From NCBI RefSeq assembly GCF_001194135.2, contig NC_068984.1:146960073-146995339 (forward strand): 35,267 bases of DNA, given 5' to 3'. Shown piece by piece: positions 13,268-24,000 of the stretch (position 1 is its first letter; every line of letters begins with the position of its first letter). The stretch is from Octopus bimaculoides. Its lineage: Eukaryota. A program made the position numbers and the translations under genes. The notes under the pieces are model-generated. The model saw only the letters and a program-made list of their open reading frames with translations. It did not search any database and was not told the DNA's origin.

Positions 13268-13637
13268 ATTCTTTAATTCTATTACTTGTTTCAGCCATTT
13301 GACTGCGGTCATGCTGGAGCACCATCTTTAGTCGAACAAATCGACCCCAGGACTTATTCTTTGTAAGCATAGTACTTATTCTATCGGACTTTTTTGCCGA
13401 ATCACTAAGTTACGGGGACGTAGACACACCAACATTTGTGGGCAAGCAAATGGTAGGGGATAAACACAGATACACAAATATCATATACATATATATATAT
13501 ATATATGTATATATGACGGGCTTCTTTTAGTTTCCGTCTACCAAACCCATTCACAAGGCTTTGGTAGGCCTGAGGCTATAGAACTGAACTCGGAACCATG
13601 TGTTTGGGAAGTAATCTTCTTACCACACTGCCATCCC
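13268..13637 (-). mobile_element. SINE family A, near full length
   Basis: gtttcagccatttgactgcggtcatgctggagcacc...aagttacggggacgt...gtttccgtctaccaa...cttaccacactgcc is the reverse complement of the 25688 copy. Confidence 0.9.
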
Positions 13638-13679
13638 ACCCACGCGCCCGTGTGTGTGTGTTCAAGTTTGACTCCCACC

Positions 13680-13822
13680 TGGTTTGGTTTATTTACGTGC
13701 CCGTAACTTAGCGGTTCAGCATAAGGGACGATAGAATAAGTACCAGGCTTAAAGAAATATATACTGGGGTGGATTTGTTCGACTAAACTCTTTTAGACGG
13801 AGCTCCAGCATGGTCGCAAGAG
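13680..13822 (+). mobile_element. SINE family A 3' half, inverted relative to the adjacent copy
   Basis: cccgtaacttagcggttcagc...gatagaataagtaccaggctt...gctccagcatggtcgca. Confidence 0.85.
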
Positions 13823-14084
13823 AACTCAAACACACGGGTAGATACATTTTATCATAAATCGGTGGAGGTGACTCAAGGGCCGAGAGTTTCGTGTATTGGC
13901 GCTTATCAATGTCATGTGTGACTGTGTGTGTGCGTGCGTGTGTGTTTGTGTGTGTGTGAGCATGTGCTTTGCCTGTATGCGCGCGTGCGTGCAACTGTAT
14001 GTGAGGGCCACGACGCACTTTGCTTACTTCTTATTCTCTCTCTCTGTCTCTTGTTCCACTTTTCCACCATAAAAACAGCTCGTT

Positions 14085-14558
14085 TACTCTCTCTCCCCCT
14101 CTCTCTCTTTCTCTCTCTCTCTCTCTTTCACTCTCTCTCTCTCTCTCTNNNNNNNNNNNNNNNNNNNNNNNNNNNNNNNNNNNNNNNNNNNNNNNNNNNN
14201 NNNNNNNNNNNNNNNNNNNNNNNNNNNNNNNNNNNNNNNNNNNNNNNNNNNNNNNNNNNNNNNNNNNNNNNNNNNNNNNNNCTCTCTCTCTCTGTCTCTC
14301 TCTGTCACACAACTTGTACACTCTTTATTACTCCACCTCCTCTTCTTTCTGTTGCATTCACCCCTCTCCCTCTCTCCCCTCTCCTCCTCTCCTACTCTCC
14401 TTCCTCCTCTTCCTCCCCTTCTCTCTACACCTGTTTCTTACTTCTCTCTCCACTCTTTCTATTTTCCTTGCGTCGTCTCTGTCCACTTCTCTTCTACTTC
14501 CCACCTCTCCTCTCCCCCTCACTCTCTCTCTCTCTCATATTATGTTCTTCTCTTTCTT

Positions 14559-14603
<45 letters not shown>

Positions 14604-14610
14604 CTCTCCT
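14085..14610. repeat. Long CT-rich homopyrimidine tract spanning a gap
   Basis: Direct reading; N at 14149-14281. Confidence 0.9.
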
Positions 14611-14735
14611 TTTGTCTATTATCTGCCGTTTCCTTCTTCGTTATTTCGTGTTCAGTCATATCGTAAACTATAAAAGTTTCTCCCCAGAGAAACCAGGACA
14701 TTGTTCTGTGTAGGCAGACATACGAAGTCTTTTGT

Positions 14736-14842
14736 CACCACCACCACCACCACCACCACCACCACCACCGGTATCACTACACCAAAATGACATCGACCCC
14801 CACCAACTACACCCCCACCAACTACACCCCCACTACTACCTC
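14736..14842. repeat. (CAC)n followed by a 15-bp unit CCCCCACCAACTACA x ~3
   Basis: C5 runs at 14797, 14812 and 14827 (period 15). Confidence 0.85.
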
Positions 14843-15155
14843 CTTTGCAGATCACACAAAACGATGTTTATAAAAGGACGCCTTAGTCTAGTTTCGCGGC
14901 ATGTGCACCGTGGACAGTGCCCGGAGGTGGGGACAGGGTGTCTAGGGGCCCCATGCTAAGAATATCTCAGCTGTTATTTGCTGCACATTGCTTTGTCTGA
15001 AGGCATGTAATGCTGTCAAGACAGCCCTGCCTAGGATCCCTGCATAAAGGCGAAAAAAATAGTCGGAATGGCCACGGTTGGGAAAGCATGGTCGTTAGAA
15101 CAACAGATACCCCTGTTATGCCATAATGACGCCGTCAAGACCATCGACAGTTAGC

Positions 15156-15527
15156 TTTTTTCTGTTACTTGTTTCATTCATAGGATTGCAGCCATGCTGG
15201 GCCATCTGCCTCGAAGATTGCAGTCGAACAAATCGACTTCAGGACATTTCTTGTCTTCTTAATTTTAAGTTTCGTATTTACGCTATCGGCTTTTTTTTTT
15301 TTTTTGCTGGACCGCAACGTAAACAAACAAAAAAAAAAAAACGTAAACAAACACCACTTTTCAAGCGAGGCTGTCAAACACACACACACACACACACATG
15401 TACACATATCACAAGGCATTGGTTGGCCCGGGTCTAAAATAGAAGGCAGTAGTCCAAGGTGCCGCGTAGAGGGACTGAACCCGCAAATCACATGTTTGCA
15501 AAGCGGACGTCTTAACCACACAGCCAT
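15156..15527 (-). mobile_element. SINE family A, diverged full length
   Basis: ttgcagccatgctgggcc...gtcgaacaaatcgac...ccaaggtgccgcgtagagggactgaaccc...taaccacacagccat. Confidence 0.8.
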
Positions 15528-15756
15528 AGTGAAGAAAAGCATCGTAGAATAAGAATAGGTTTATCCTCGACTGGTTTGCCGCATTTTCCATGGTGACTGT
15601 GACTCTGTGCATGCAACTTAGTATAAAGAAAAAGACGCAAAAAATAATTTTGTTCGACGCACCAGCTTTTATATGAAACGCGCTTGTTATTTAGTGATCA
15701 ATGCCAAAAACGCGTAATTGCGAGCCAAGTTTTTAACCACGTGACAATGAATGCAG

Positions 15757-15895
15757 TACTACTACTGCTACTACTACTAGTACTACTACTACTACTACTA
15801 CTGTAGTTTCAGCTACAACTACTAGTTGTAGCTGAAACTCCTTCACCTTTCCCCCTCCTTTCCCTCGTCATTCTTCTTTTCCTCCTCCCCTGCTG

Positions 15896-15942
<47 letters not shown>

Positions 15943-15990
15943 GCTACTACTACTACTACTACTGCTACTGCTGCTGCTGCTGCTGCTGCA
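15757..15990. repeat. (CTA)n and (CTA)n-(CTG)n arrays flanking a 35-bp palindrome
   Basis: Direct reading. Confidence 0.9.
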
Positions 15991-17105
15991 AGCCTGCTTC
16001 TTGGTACATTTGTTGGAGCAGACCAAAATTATGCATTCGACAATAAAGGCAACAAAAAGTGTTGGCAACAAAGGGGAGAGGAAGAGNNNNNNNNNNNNNN
16101 NNNNNNNNNNNNNNNNNNNNNNNNNNNNNNNNNNNNNNNNNNNNNNNNNNNNNNNNNNNNNNNNNNNNNNNNNNNNNNNNNNNNNNNNNNNNNNNNNNNN
16201 NNNNNNNNNNNNNNNNNNNNNNNNNNNNNNNNNNNNNNNNNNNNNNNNNNNNNNNNNNNNNNNNNNNNNNNNNNNNNNNNNNNNNNNNNNNNNNNNNNNN
16301 NNNNNNNNNNNNNNNNNNNNNNNNNNNNNNNNNNNNNNNNNNNNNNNNNNNNNNNNNNNNNNNNNNNNNNNNNNNNNNNNNNNNNNNNNNNNNNNNNNNN
16401 NNNNNNNNNNNNNNNNTCTCTGACTTAAGTATTGAGTTCTTCATCAGATAATGCATACAGCACACCTACCATATCAGCTTGTATATATTTTATAATTCTT
16501 ACAGTGAAATGTATGTACCTGGTGTGTGTGTGTGTGTGTGTGTGTGTGTGCCTGGGTGTGTGTGTTTGTATGTGTGTGTGTGTGTGGTGTGGTGTGTGTG
16601 TGTGTGTGTGTGTATGTATAGATGAATAGATGTTTATGTTTAGGGATTGGTGTAGATATAGAGGAACGAATGGTAAAAGTATGATTTTTGTTTACAGATG
16701 CCTGAACACGTGTGCGGTGCGTGTGTGTGCATTATTGATATAAATCATGACACAACCATTTCAGAGTCGTTTAGCGAAGTGACGCACATATCTACGCACA
16801 CATTCAACTTATATAATTATATCTATCTATATCTATTTCACGAATATGTAAAAACATGTCCGTATCTTATTAATGTGTTAGAATACTTCAAATTGCTACC
16901 AGGACTACAAATTTGGGGGAAACTGTAGATAGCAAGGCAGACAGACGATTAAATGGTACTCGGTACTTTACGTGTAGATATTGTTACGACGCCGAGCACC
17001 GAAAGGAAGAAGGGCCACGTTGCACTGACTGGAAATGAGCCAGGACTCTGGAAAGGACATCACACACTTAAACATACTTTCTATTCAACCTCCATATTCA
17101 CACAG

Positions 17106-17199
<94 letters not shown>

Positions 17200-17214
17200 A
17201 CACACACACACACA
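17106..17214. repeat. (CA)n microsatellite
   Basis: Direct reading. Confidence 0.95.
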
Positions 17215-17479
17215 AACGTATACACGCACACATCACACACACATACGCAAAAGTGAAAATCTGTCGAGGTCGTATGTACTTTGTGAGTGTGGGTGACATG
17301 AATTTGTGGCGGATGAGATTGTCAGCAACGAAGATTATCAGCAAAATAGGTTTAAGAATCGGTCAGTGGCAGCTGCTTGCTGTGCGGATTGTACTCAAAG
17401 CTGCACCTTTCTCATGTACTATGTCTAACTGATTCAAACCTGAGAGTTACATTAAGGGTACATTAAGGGTGCATCTATA

Positions 17480-17847
17480 TGAGCAATGCTCGGCCACCTC
17501 GCACACCAATTCATGGCTGTGGGGTTCAGTCCCGCTGTGAAGCAATTTAAGCAAGTGTCTATTACTACAGCTCCGGACCGACCAATGTATGTGAGCGGCT
17601 TTGGCGGGCGAAAACTGTGTGGAAGCCCGTCGTGTGTGTGTGTTCGTCCCCAATCACACTTGACAACTGATGTTCTTTTGTTGATGTGTCCATAACTTAG
17701 CGGTTCAGGAAAAGACGTCGAAAGAATAAGAACCAGGCAAAATTATGAGAAGCACTGGATCAATTTATTCGACTAAACCCTTAAGGCGGTGCTTCAGCAT
17801 GGCTGTAGTCCAATGACTGAGACAAGCAAAAGATACAAAAAGGATAA
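17480..17847 (+). mobile_element. SINE family A, diverged full length
   Basis: ggggttcagtccc...ggaagcccgtcg...taacttagcggttcagg...aaggcggtgcttcagcatggctgtagtcc. Confidence 0.85.
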
Positions 17848-18123
17848 ATGGTTGTTCACCTAATTGAACAACTGAAGATTTCTATGTTGAAAGTGAGAGG
17901 AATTCCTCATCTCTGGTCGCTCGTACGTTTCAGGTGGACTACTCCGTTCTCCCATAAACATGCATACACATCTCGTCAAACCAGCAACAAACCACCGCAC
18001 CATATGCCAGACATTGCTTCGCGCCCTTCAGATATATTTACAGAGAGACACACTATGTATATACATGATTGTGTGTGTGTGTGTGTGTATTTAGTCCCTT
18101 GGCTACTGGAGATAAAGTGAAAC

Positions 18124-18179
18124 GAGTGCCGTGCTGACGACGCTTATCGGGGTAAAAACACGTGTCCACGATTGTCCTC
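18124..18179 (+). ncRNA. Degenerate minimal type I hammerhead ribozyme (Penelope/retrozyme-like), probably inactive
   Basis: In order: helix I 5' strand CGTG (18130-33), intact core CTGACGA (18134-40), C, helix II GCT/GGT with loop TATCGG, AAAAAC in place of GAAAC, palindromic loop ACGT, cleavage triplet GTC (18164-66), helix I 3' strand CACG (18167-70), and distal GAG/CTC pairing. AATAAA follows at 18192. Confidence 0.7.
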
Positions 18180-18378
18180 TTATCTCTAGACAATAAACCT
18201 GTCTTTTATTCCTGAGTGGCCTTTGACTCTTGAGATTATCTCCCCTTCTCAAGTAAAGCTGGTCTTAATCACCTTTTTTATTAATTTTGATACAGACTCT
18301 AGTGGCGAAGATAATTTTAATATAGCAAGAATTTATGTTCTATGGAATTTGATATACCTGTATGTGTATGTATGTATG

Positions 18379-18434
<56 letters not shown>

Positions 18435-18563
18435 CATTTTACTCACCTGATTCACCAGGTACAAATACACGTTCACACTCACGCACACACAAACATACAC
18501 ACACACACACAAGCACACACACACACTCACCACCACTCACACACACACACGTATGCGCCTACA

Positions 18564-18649
18564 TGTCATAAACACCTTGTATCATAAACATGTTGTGTCG
18601 TAAACATGTTGTGTCATAACATCATGTGTCGTAAACATGTGTCGTAAAC
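18564..18649. repeat. Minisatellite, ~14-16-bp unit TGTGTCGTAAACATGT x ~6
   Basis: tgtcataaacacct-tgtatcataaacatgt-tgtgtcgtaaacatgt-tgtgtcataacatca-tgtgtcgtaaaca-tgtgtcgtaaac. Confidence 0.8.
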
Positions 18650-18817
18650 TCATTGATTCTCTCTCATTTTCACGTTTGGACCCCGTTGCTTCCTATTTTA
18701 TTCTGATGCCCCCCACCCATTGCCAGTGGATGTTTTTAAAAATCTTATATTATTATTGTTAAATTATCCTTCCTGCTCTGGTCACACGGCTCGGATTTTG
18801 TGGGGAGGGGGACAGTC

Positions 18818-18969
18818 AATCACATCGACCCTAGGACTTATTTTTTGTAAGCCTAGTACTTATTGCTATCGCTTAGTTATGGGGACGTAAACACGTCGAC
18901 ATCGGTTGTCAAGCGATGGTGGGGGTGGGGGACAAATGCATACATACACACACACACACACACATATGT

Positions 18970-19035
<66 letters not shown>

Positions 19036-19194
19036 CAGACTTCTTTCAGTTTCCGTCTACCAAATCCACTCACAAGGCTTTGGTAGGCCCGATGCTATAG
19101 TAGAAGACACTTGCTCAAGGTGCCACGCAGTGGGACTGAACCCGGAACCATGTGGTTGGAAAGCAAGCTTCCTACCACATAGCCATGCCTGCGC
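18818..19194 (-). mobile_element. SINE family A, well-conserved head, 3' truncated
   Basis: Reverse complement shows an A-box-like TGGCTATGTGG, a B-box-like GGGTTCAGTCCC, the gcaccttgagcaagtgtcttctac core and a central (CA/TA)n microsatellite. Confidence 0.9.
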
Positions 19195-19604
19195 GTAGAA
19201 ACAATTACTGCGCCCAACGTGGAAAACCAGTGGGTTGCGCATAAACAGCATCAAAATCTTATATGGACTTCTAAGAGTCATATTGGAGCGTGGCTGAGGA
19301 CCCCTGCACCACCTCTAGGCAAAGGAACGAACACTTTATAGAGCACATAGTAGCATTGACCAATGACAACTCTTAAATGACAACAACCACACAGAATCAG
19401 CGAGCAATGATGATAGAACATATAACACTTATAAAGAACCACACAACACACAGCGCTCCTAGACAACATTATCATCACCATCAACAACAACAACAACATT
19501 CACACAGCACCACTGAACAGTTACGTAACGATGCTAGTCTCTTGTGGTCCCAGAAAGATGGTTCTGTAATTTATTGCTGAACAACCTGCTCAAATGTTTT
19601 GCTT

Positions 19605-19808
19605 ATAAGGATCAAACGTTTGAGTTGTGCATTTGGTTATTCCGTTCATTGAATCGACGTTGCCTGAACGGGTGACATCGGGTGTCGGAGTGATCGCAGA
19701 GCAGTGTGAGATGAAGTGTTCTGCTCAGGAGGACAATGCACCACCCAGTTCAGGGATTGATACCACAATCTCGAGATCGTAAGTGCAATACGCTAACCAC
19801 GAGGCCAC
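19605..19808 (-). mobile_element. tRNA-derived SINE of a third family (family C)
   Basis: Reverse complement gtggcctcgtggttagcgtattgcac...ggtatcaatccctg...tcctgagcagaacacttcatctcac has A-box and degenerate B-box motifs. Only one copy is in the window. Confidence 0.6.
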
Positions 19809-20221
19809 AATTACGCAATAACCGTGAACCATCTCACAACACCCCTAATCAATCTCACAACACACAGCGTTTCTGAACGATAGCATACCACACAACACTA
19901 CTCAGCGACTACACTCTACACCGATAGAGAAAAATAATGGTACACACTTCACAGCAACACTGAAATGCAACGACTACACACCACACAGCAGCTCTGAAAA
20001 ACAACTACACACCACACAACACTGCTGAAAAAACGCTGACGCAACATCATAGAAAACCAACGATATGTGACACAACATCGTTGTAAAACAATCACACATC
20101 ACACGATTCTAACGTCAAGCAACTACACACCACGCACACGATCAAGCGATAATCCCGCGCACCACGTGAAACTGAAGCACCTATCGCCAAACCCAGACGA
20201 AAAACGTAAATAAATACATAG

Positions 20222-20470
20222 ATCCTCCGTCGATTTCAACGATGACTATTTCAGCTGTTTTGGTCAACAAAACTACTTGTCCGTTGTGTTGGTGGCTGAG
20301 AATTCCACAGACTCTTCTATTCCCAAAGAAATTCTCGGGCTGGGGTCACCGTGGCACATTGTGGCAAGGCTAATAACAGTGTACCCTGCTTACTCTCAAG
20401 AGGAGTGGATGGTCGCGAATGGAACGCTTTGTGTAATATGTCAGCTGGATGTGTGTTCATTTAATTTTAA
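20222..20470 (+). mobile_element. Interspersed repeat fragment (family E)
   Basis: Motif-level similarity to 5140-5300. Confidence 0.4.
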
Positions 20471-20494
20471 ACAACATTAACAATAACAGCGTGA

Positions 20495-20690
20495 CAGGCA
20501 CGGGCATGGCCGTGAGGTTAAGAAGCGCGCGTTGTGGGTTCAGGCCCATTGCGAAGCTCGTTGGGGCAAGAGTCTTCTACTATAGCCCCGGGTCGAGCAA
20601 TGCCTTGAGAGTGAATTTAGTTGACGGAAACTGTGTGGAAGCCACTCATGTATTGTGTGCATGCGTGCGTGCGTGTGTGCGTGCGCGTGT

Positions 20691-20722
<32 letters not shown>

Positions 20723-20940
20723 ATGCATACCTTCGTTTACTCTTCCCAGTACTTGGCAATCGGTGTTGCTTTGTTTACGTTGTTGTAACTTAGCGGTTAG
20801 GCCTAAGAGATCGAGAGAACCAATACCAAACTAAAATAACAAAAAACAACTCTTGGGGGTCTCGGGTTGTTTGTCTAAAACTCTTCGATGTGGTGGCACA
20901 GGATGGCAGTAATCCTGTGCCTGAAAAATAAAAGATAACA
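20495..20940 (+). mobile_element. SINE family A, diverged full length, ~360 nt upstream of the first coding exon
   Basis: ggcatggccgtgaggttaagaag...ggcaagagtcttctactatagcccc...gacggaaactg...gtaacttagcggttagg. Confidence 0.8.
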
Positions 20941-21116
20941 TACACAACAATAAAACACGCAACTGGAAATATGAGAGGAAGGTCATGGCTGTAGCGCTTT
21001 TCCATCATAGGTCTTGCTTGCTCAATTCTGACCTAAACGACACCAAAACAGCAATAACACACACACGTATACGACATAATAATCACACCACACACACATA
21101 CACACACACCGCATGC

Positions 21117-21153
<37 letters not shown>

Positions 21154-21299
21154 CAAACGCACCGCCTACATCGTCTTCTTCGTATCACTCCTCCTCCTCT
21201 TGCGTATAACTCTTCCTCCTCCACCCACCTTTATATTCATCCTCCTACTCCTTCCTCTTACTACTTCTTACCATTTTGCGTCATTCTTCCTCACAGATC

Positions 21300-21476
21300 A
21301 TGGCCAACGGTACTATACAACAGAAGGACACTACCTTTACCAAAATATTTGTCGGAGGTCTTCCATATCACACGTCGGACAAATCACTGCGGGAGTTTTT
21401 CGATCAGTTTGGAGAGATAGAAGAAGCGGTTGTCATTACGGATAGACAGACGGGGAAAAGTCGCGGCTATGGATTC
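21300..21476 (+). CDS. RBM24: RBM24/RBM38 (SEB4/SUP-12) family RNA-binding protein, first coding exon (RRM N-half: RNP2 to RNP1)
   Basis: Translates to [59 protein letters not shown], nearly identical to the RBM24/38 RRM ([11 protein letters not shown]...[19 protein letters not shown]). ATG context is ATC-ATG-G. A pyrimidine tract and CAG acceptor end at 21296, and a GTAAGT donor starts at 21477 (phase 0). RBM24 and RBM38 cannot be told apart; an invertebrate gene is likely co-orthologous to both. Confidence 0.96.
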
Positions 21477-21529
21477 GTAAGTAAAAAAAAAATTGTTTTA
21501 TAATTAATCCGATTCCATTTAATTTCGTA

Positions 21530-21740
21530 TCATCATCATCGTTTTTAACGTCCACTTTTCCATGCTTGTATGGATCAGAGGGAATTTGTCGAGACAGATT
21601 TTCCACGGTCAAATGCCCTTCTTGTTGCCAAACCTCACCAGTTTCCAAGTAAGACATTTTCCACGGGTGACCGGAAACCTCCAACCCCGCTCGCATGATA
21701 GTGATGGTCATTTTTACAGCCATCACGTCATGTCTCGAGA
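21530..21740 (-). mobile_element. SINE alternative 3' tail (tail D) ending in (GAT)n
   Basis: Reverse complement ttggaaactggtgaggtttggcaacaagaagggc...gaaaatctgtctcgacaaattccctctgatccat...gttaaaaacgatgatgatg aligns with 24590-24745. Confidence 0.8.
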
Positions 21741-23515
21741 TGGTTTGAATATGGAGGAAAAATGTCTAGTATTAAGATTTAAATCAAATTCAAGGATTTG
21801 ACTGCTTCATGAATAACTATAGTAAATACGGCAAGGCTTTTTGTCTGTCGCTCTACCGATTCAGCCAGTCAATGATGGTATTTTCTGACTCCACATGCGG
21901 CGGAAGAGTAATTTAAATTGATGATTCTCAAAGTCACGTTTATCAGTCCTCACCACCACCACCACATAAAATATTGCTGAAATTATTTTGTTGTTTTTCC
22001 CCTGTTTGTTAATGAGAAGCAAATAGGGTTTCGTTTCTGTATTTGGTTTGTAAGATTCTTGATGTGATCTCGTGTGTTGAAACAGATTTTGTTGTATCTC
22101 AGGAGGGGCATCATGCCAATAACAAACACATGCCCTGGTTCTATTTCACTTCTTTATTATTCGTCAGTTGGTTAACTTTTTAACCAATTGACTTATCGCT
22201 TGTTTGTTTAATCATTCGGTTAATCGATCACTCCTTTCGTTAGTATTCACAACTTCTTTGTCATTTTCTCTCTCTTTCCTCCATATCAGCCCCAGATTTG
22301 TGAGGTCTGGCATAATGACCCATCTGAGATATAATAGAATTAGAGTGTGTACTTGTGTGATTCTTTTTTTTTTTCCTTGCCAAGGTGGTGGACAAGTTTA
22401 AAACGCTGCAAAACAGTCTTAATTTTCTTAAAATTGGCAATTTGTCTGACCTTTTTTCAAACCCCAATTGCCCCAGGGGTCTTAACCCCTACTTCTGTGA
22501 GAACAATCTCACTCCCAGTTCTTCACTGGTACTTACTTTTAACGACCTCAGAAGAAATGCAAACAAATACAACGTATATTACAGATTGTCACGAAATAGC
22601 GTTTGGTGGAATCGAACCAAAGTCTCTCACATGACATCATGTTTCCTTAACACTTATGCTGAAGCCACTGACCTAAATAAACCCCCTATTGTGTCCACAT
22701 CACTGAAATGACTTTCCGATTTGTCACAGCAACATCCTCACTGAAGTCTTTGTTTAGATCCGCGTTCATCTTTCACACTCACCACACACCTTTGTTTATC
22801 TGACATGTTTGTTGGTATGTTTTGCACCTGGACTTAGTGCATAAATTGAAATTTAATTGTGTGACCTCATATCATTTAATAACATGCTTCTATGAGCAAA
22901 CATAACCACAAACGCTTACATGTAATGACAGCTAAACTATTCGACAACAGACGTCGGTGCAACCAAGCCCTCCTGCAGACGGGGGCAATAAAATCGGACA
23001 CCCAGAGTTAAAACATTCGCGTCCTAAACTGGTTATGTCGGTTCGTTTACATTTCTTGTTTTAATTGGCGGTAATGTTTGAGGTAGTTGATGCAATGACA
23101 ATGTGTCTCAAGCATTTGTAGTGACATCTGCCGACAGCAGATGAAGCACATCTGCTCCAAAAGGAAGTGACCATGTAATCATATATTGCCGGATAATGAT
23201 AAGGCGGCGAGCTGGCAGAATCATTTAAGGCTTTGTGCCTATAGTAGGAAGGATTATTGGTTAATGATGGATTAATAAGGACTAAGCCGAGAATTTATAG
23301 GTTAGTTATGTTCCGTAGTGGTATGAGTAGGATTTCAAAATTACGAAGAGGCATACATTGGTGTGCCGTGAGCAGCACGATGTAGAGAAAAGAATTTTAA
23401 AGCGGATCCCTTGTTGTATAATAAACATACGTTGCGTATGATTGGAGAGAGGTGAGTCAGGATACTTGGAAAATTGCAGGGAAAAAAAAAAACAAAACAG
23501 AATTGAATGGTTTAT

Positions 23516-23700
23516 CTTTTGTTGTTTCAGTCGTTAGACTGCGGCCATGCTGGGGCACTGCCTCGAAGGATTTTAGTGAAATGAACCAACCCCAGGACTT
23601 ATTTTTGTTTTAAGCCGGGTACTTATCCTATCGATGTCTTTTACTGAACCATGAAGTTACGGGGGCATAAACACACCAACACCGTTTGTCAAGTGGTGAC
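23516..23700 (-). mobile_element. SINE family A 3' half
   Basis: gtttcagtcgttagactgcggccatgctggggcac...ccccaggacttat...gaagttacgggggc...gtttgtcaagtggtg. Confidence 0.85.
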
Positions 23701-23744
23701 ACACATTCACGCACGTACACACACACACGCACCATGTATTTTTT

Positions 23745-23808
23745 CATTTCAAAGTTTCAGCTCAGAGCTGCGGCCATGCTGATGCACCACCATGTGTGTT
23801 TGTGTATA

Positions 23809-23891
<83 letters not shown>

Positions 23892-24000
23892 TAAAACAGG
23901 CTTCTTTTAGTTTCCGTTTACCAAATTCACTCACAAATCTTTGGTTGGCTCGAGGCTATAGTAGAATGCTCAGGGTGTCACGTAGTGGGACAGAACGCAC
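23745..24000 (-). mobile_element. SINE family A, internally deleted (3' end, (AT)n, head)
   Basis: gctgcggccatgctgatgcacc, then (AT)n, then ggcttcttttagtttccgtttaccaaattcactcac...gtagtgggac. Confidence 0.8.

Noticed and set aside
19057-19194. tRNA-like A and B boxes
   Set aside because: These are SINE heads; no cloverleaf or anticodon arm can be folded, so they are not called tRNA genes.
21276-21299. N-terminal extension MRHSSSQI of the tracked ORF 21276-21503
   Set aside because: It starts at TTG inside the polypyrimidine tract. The tail VSKKKIVL after 21476 is intron read-through.
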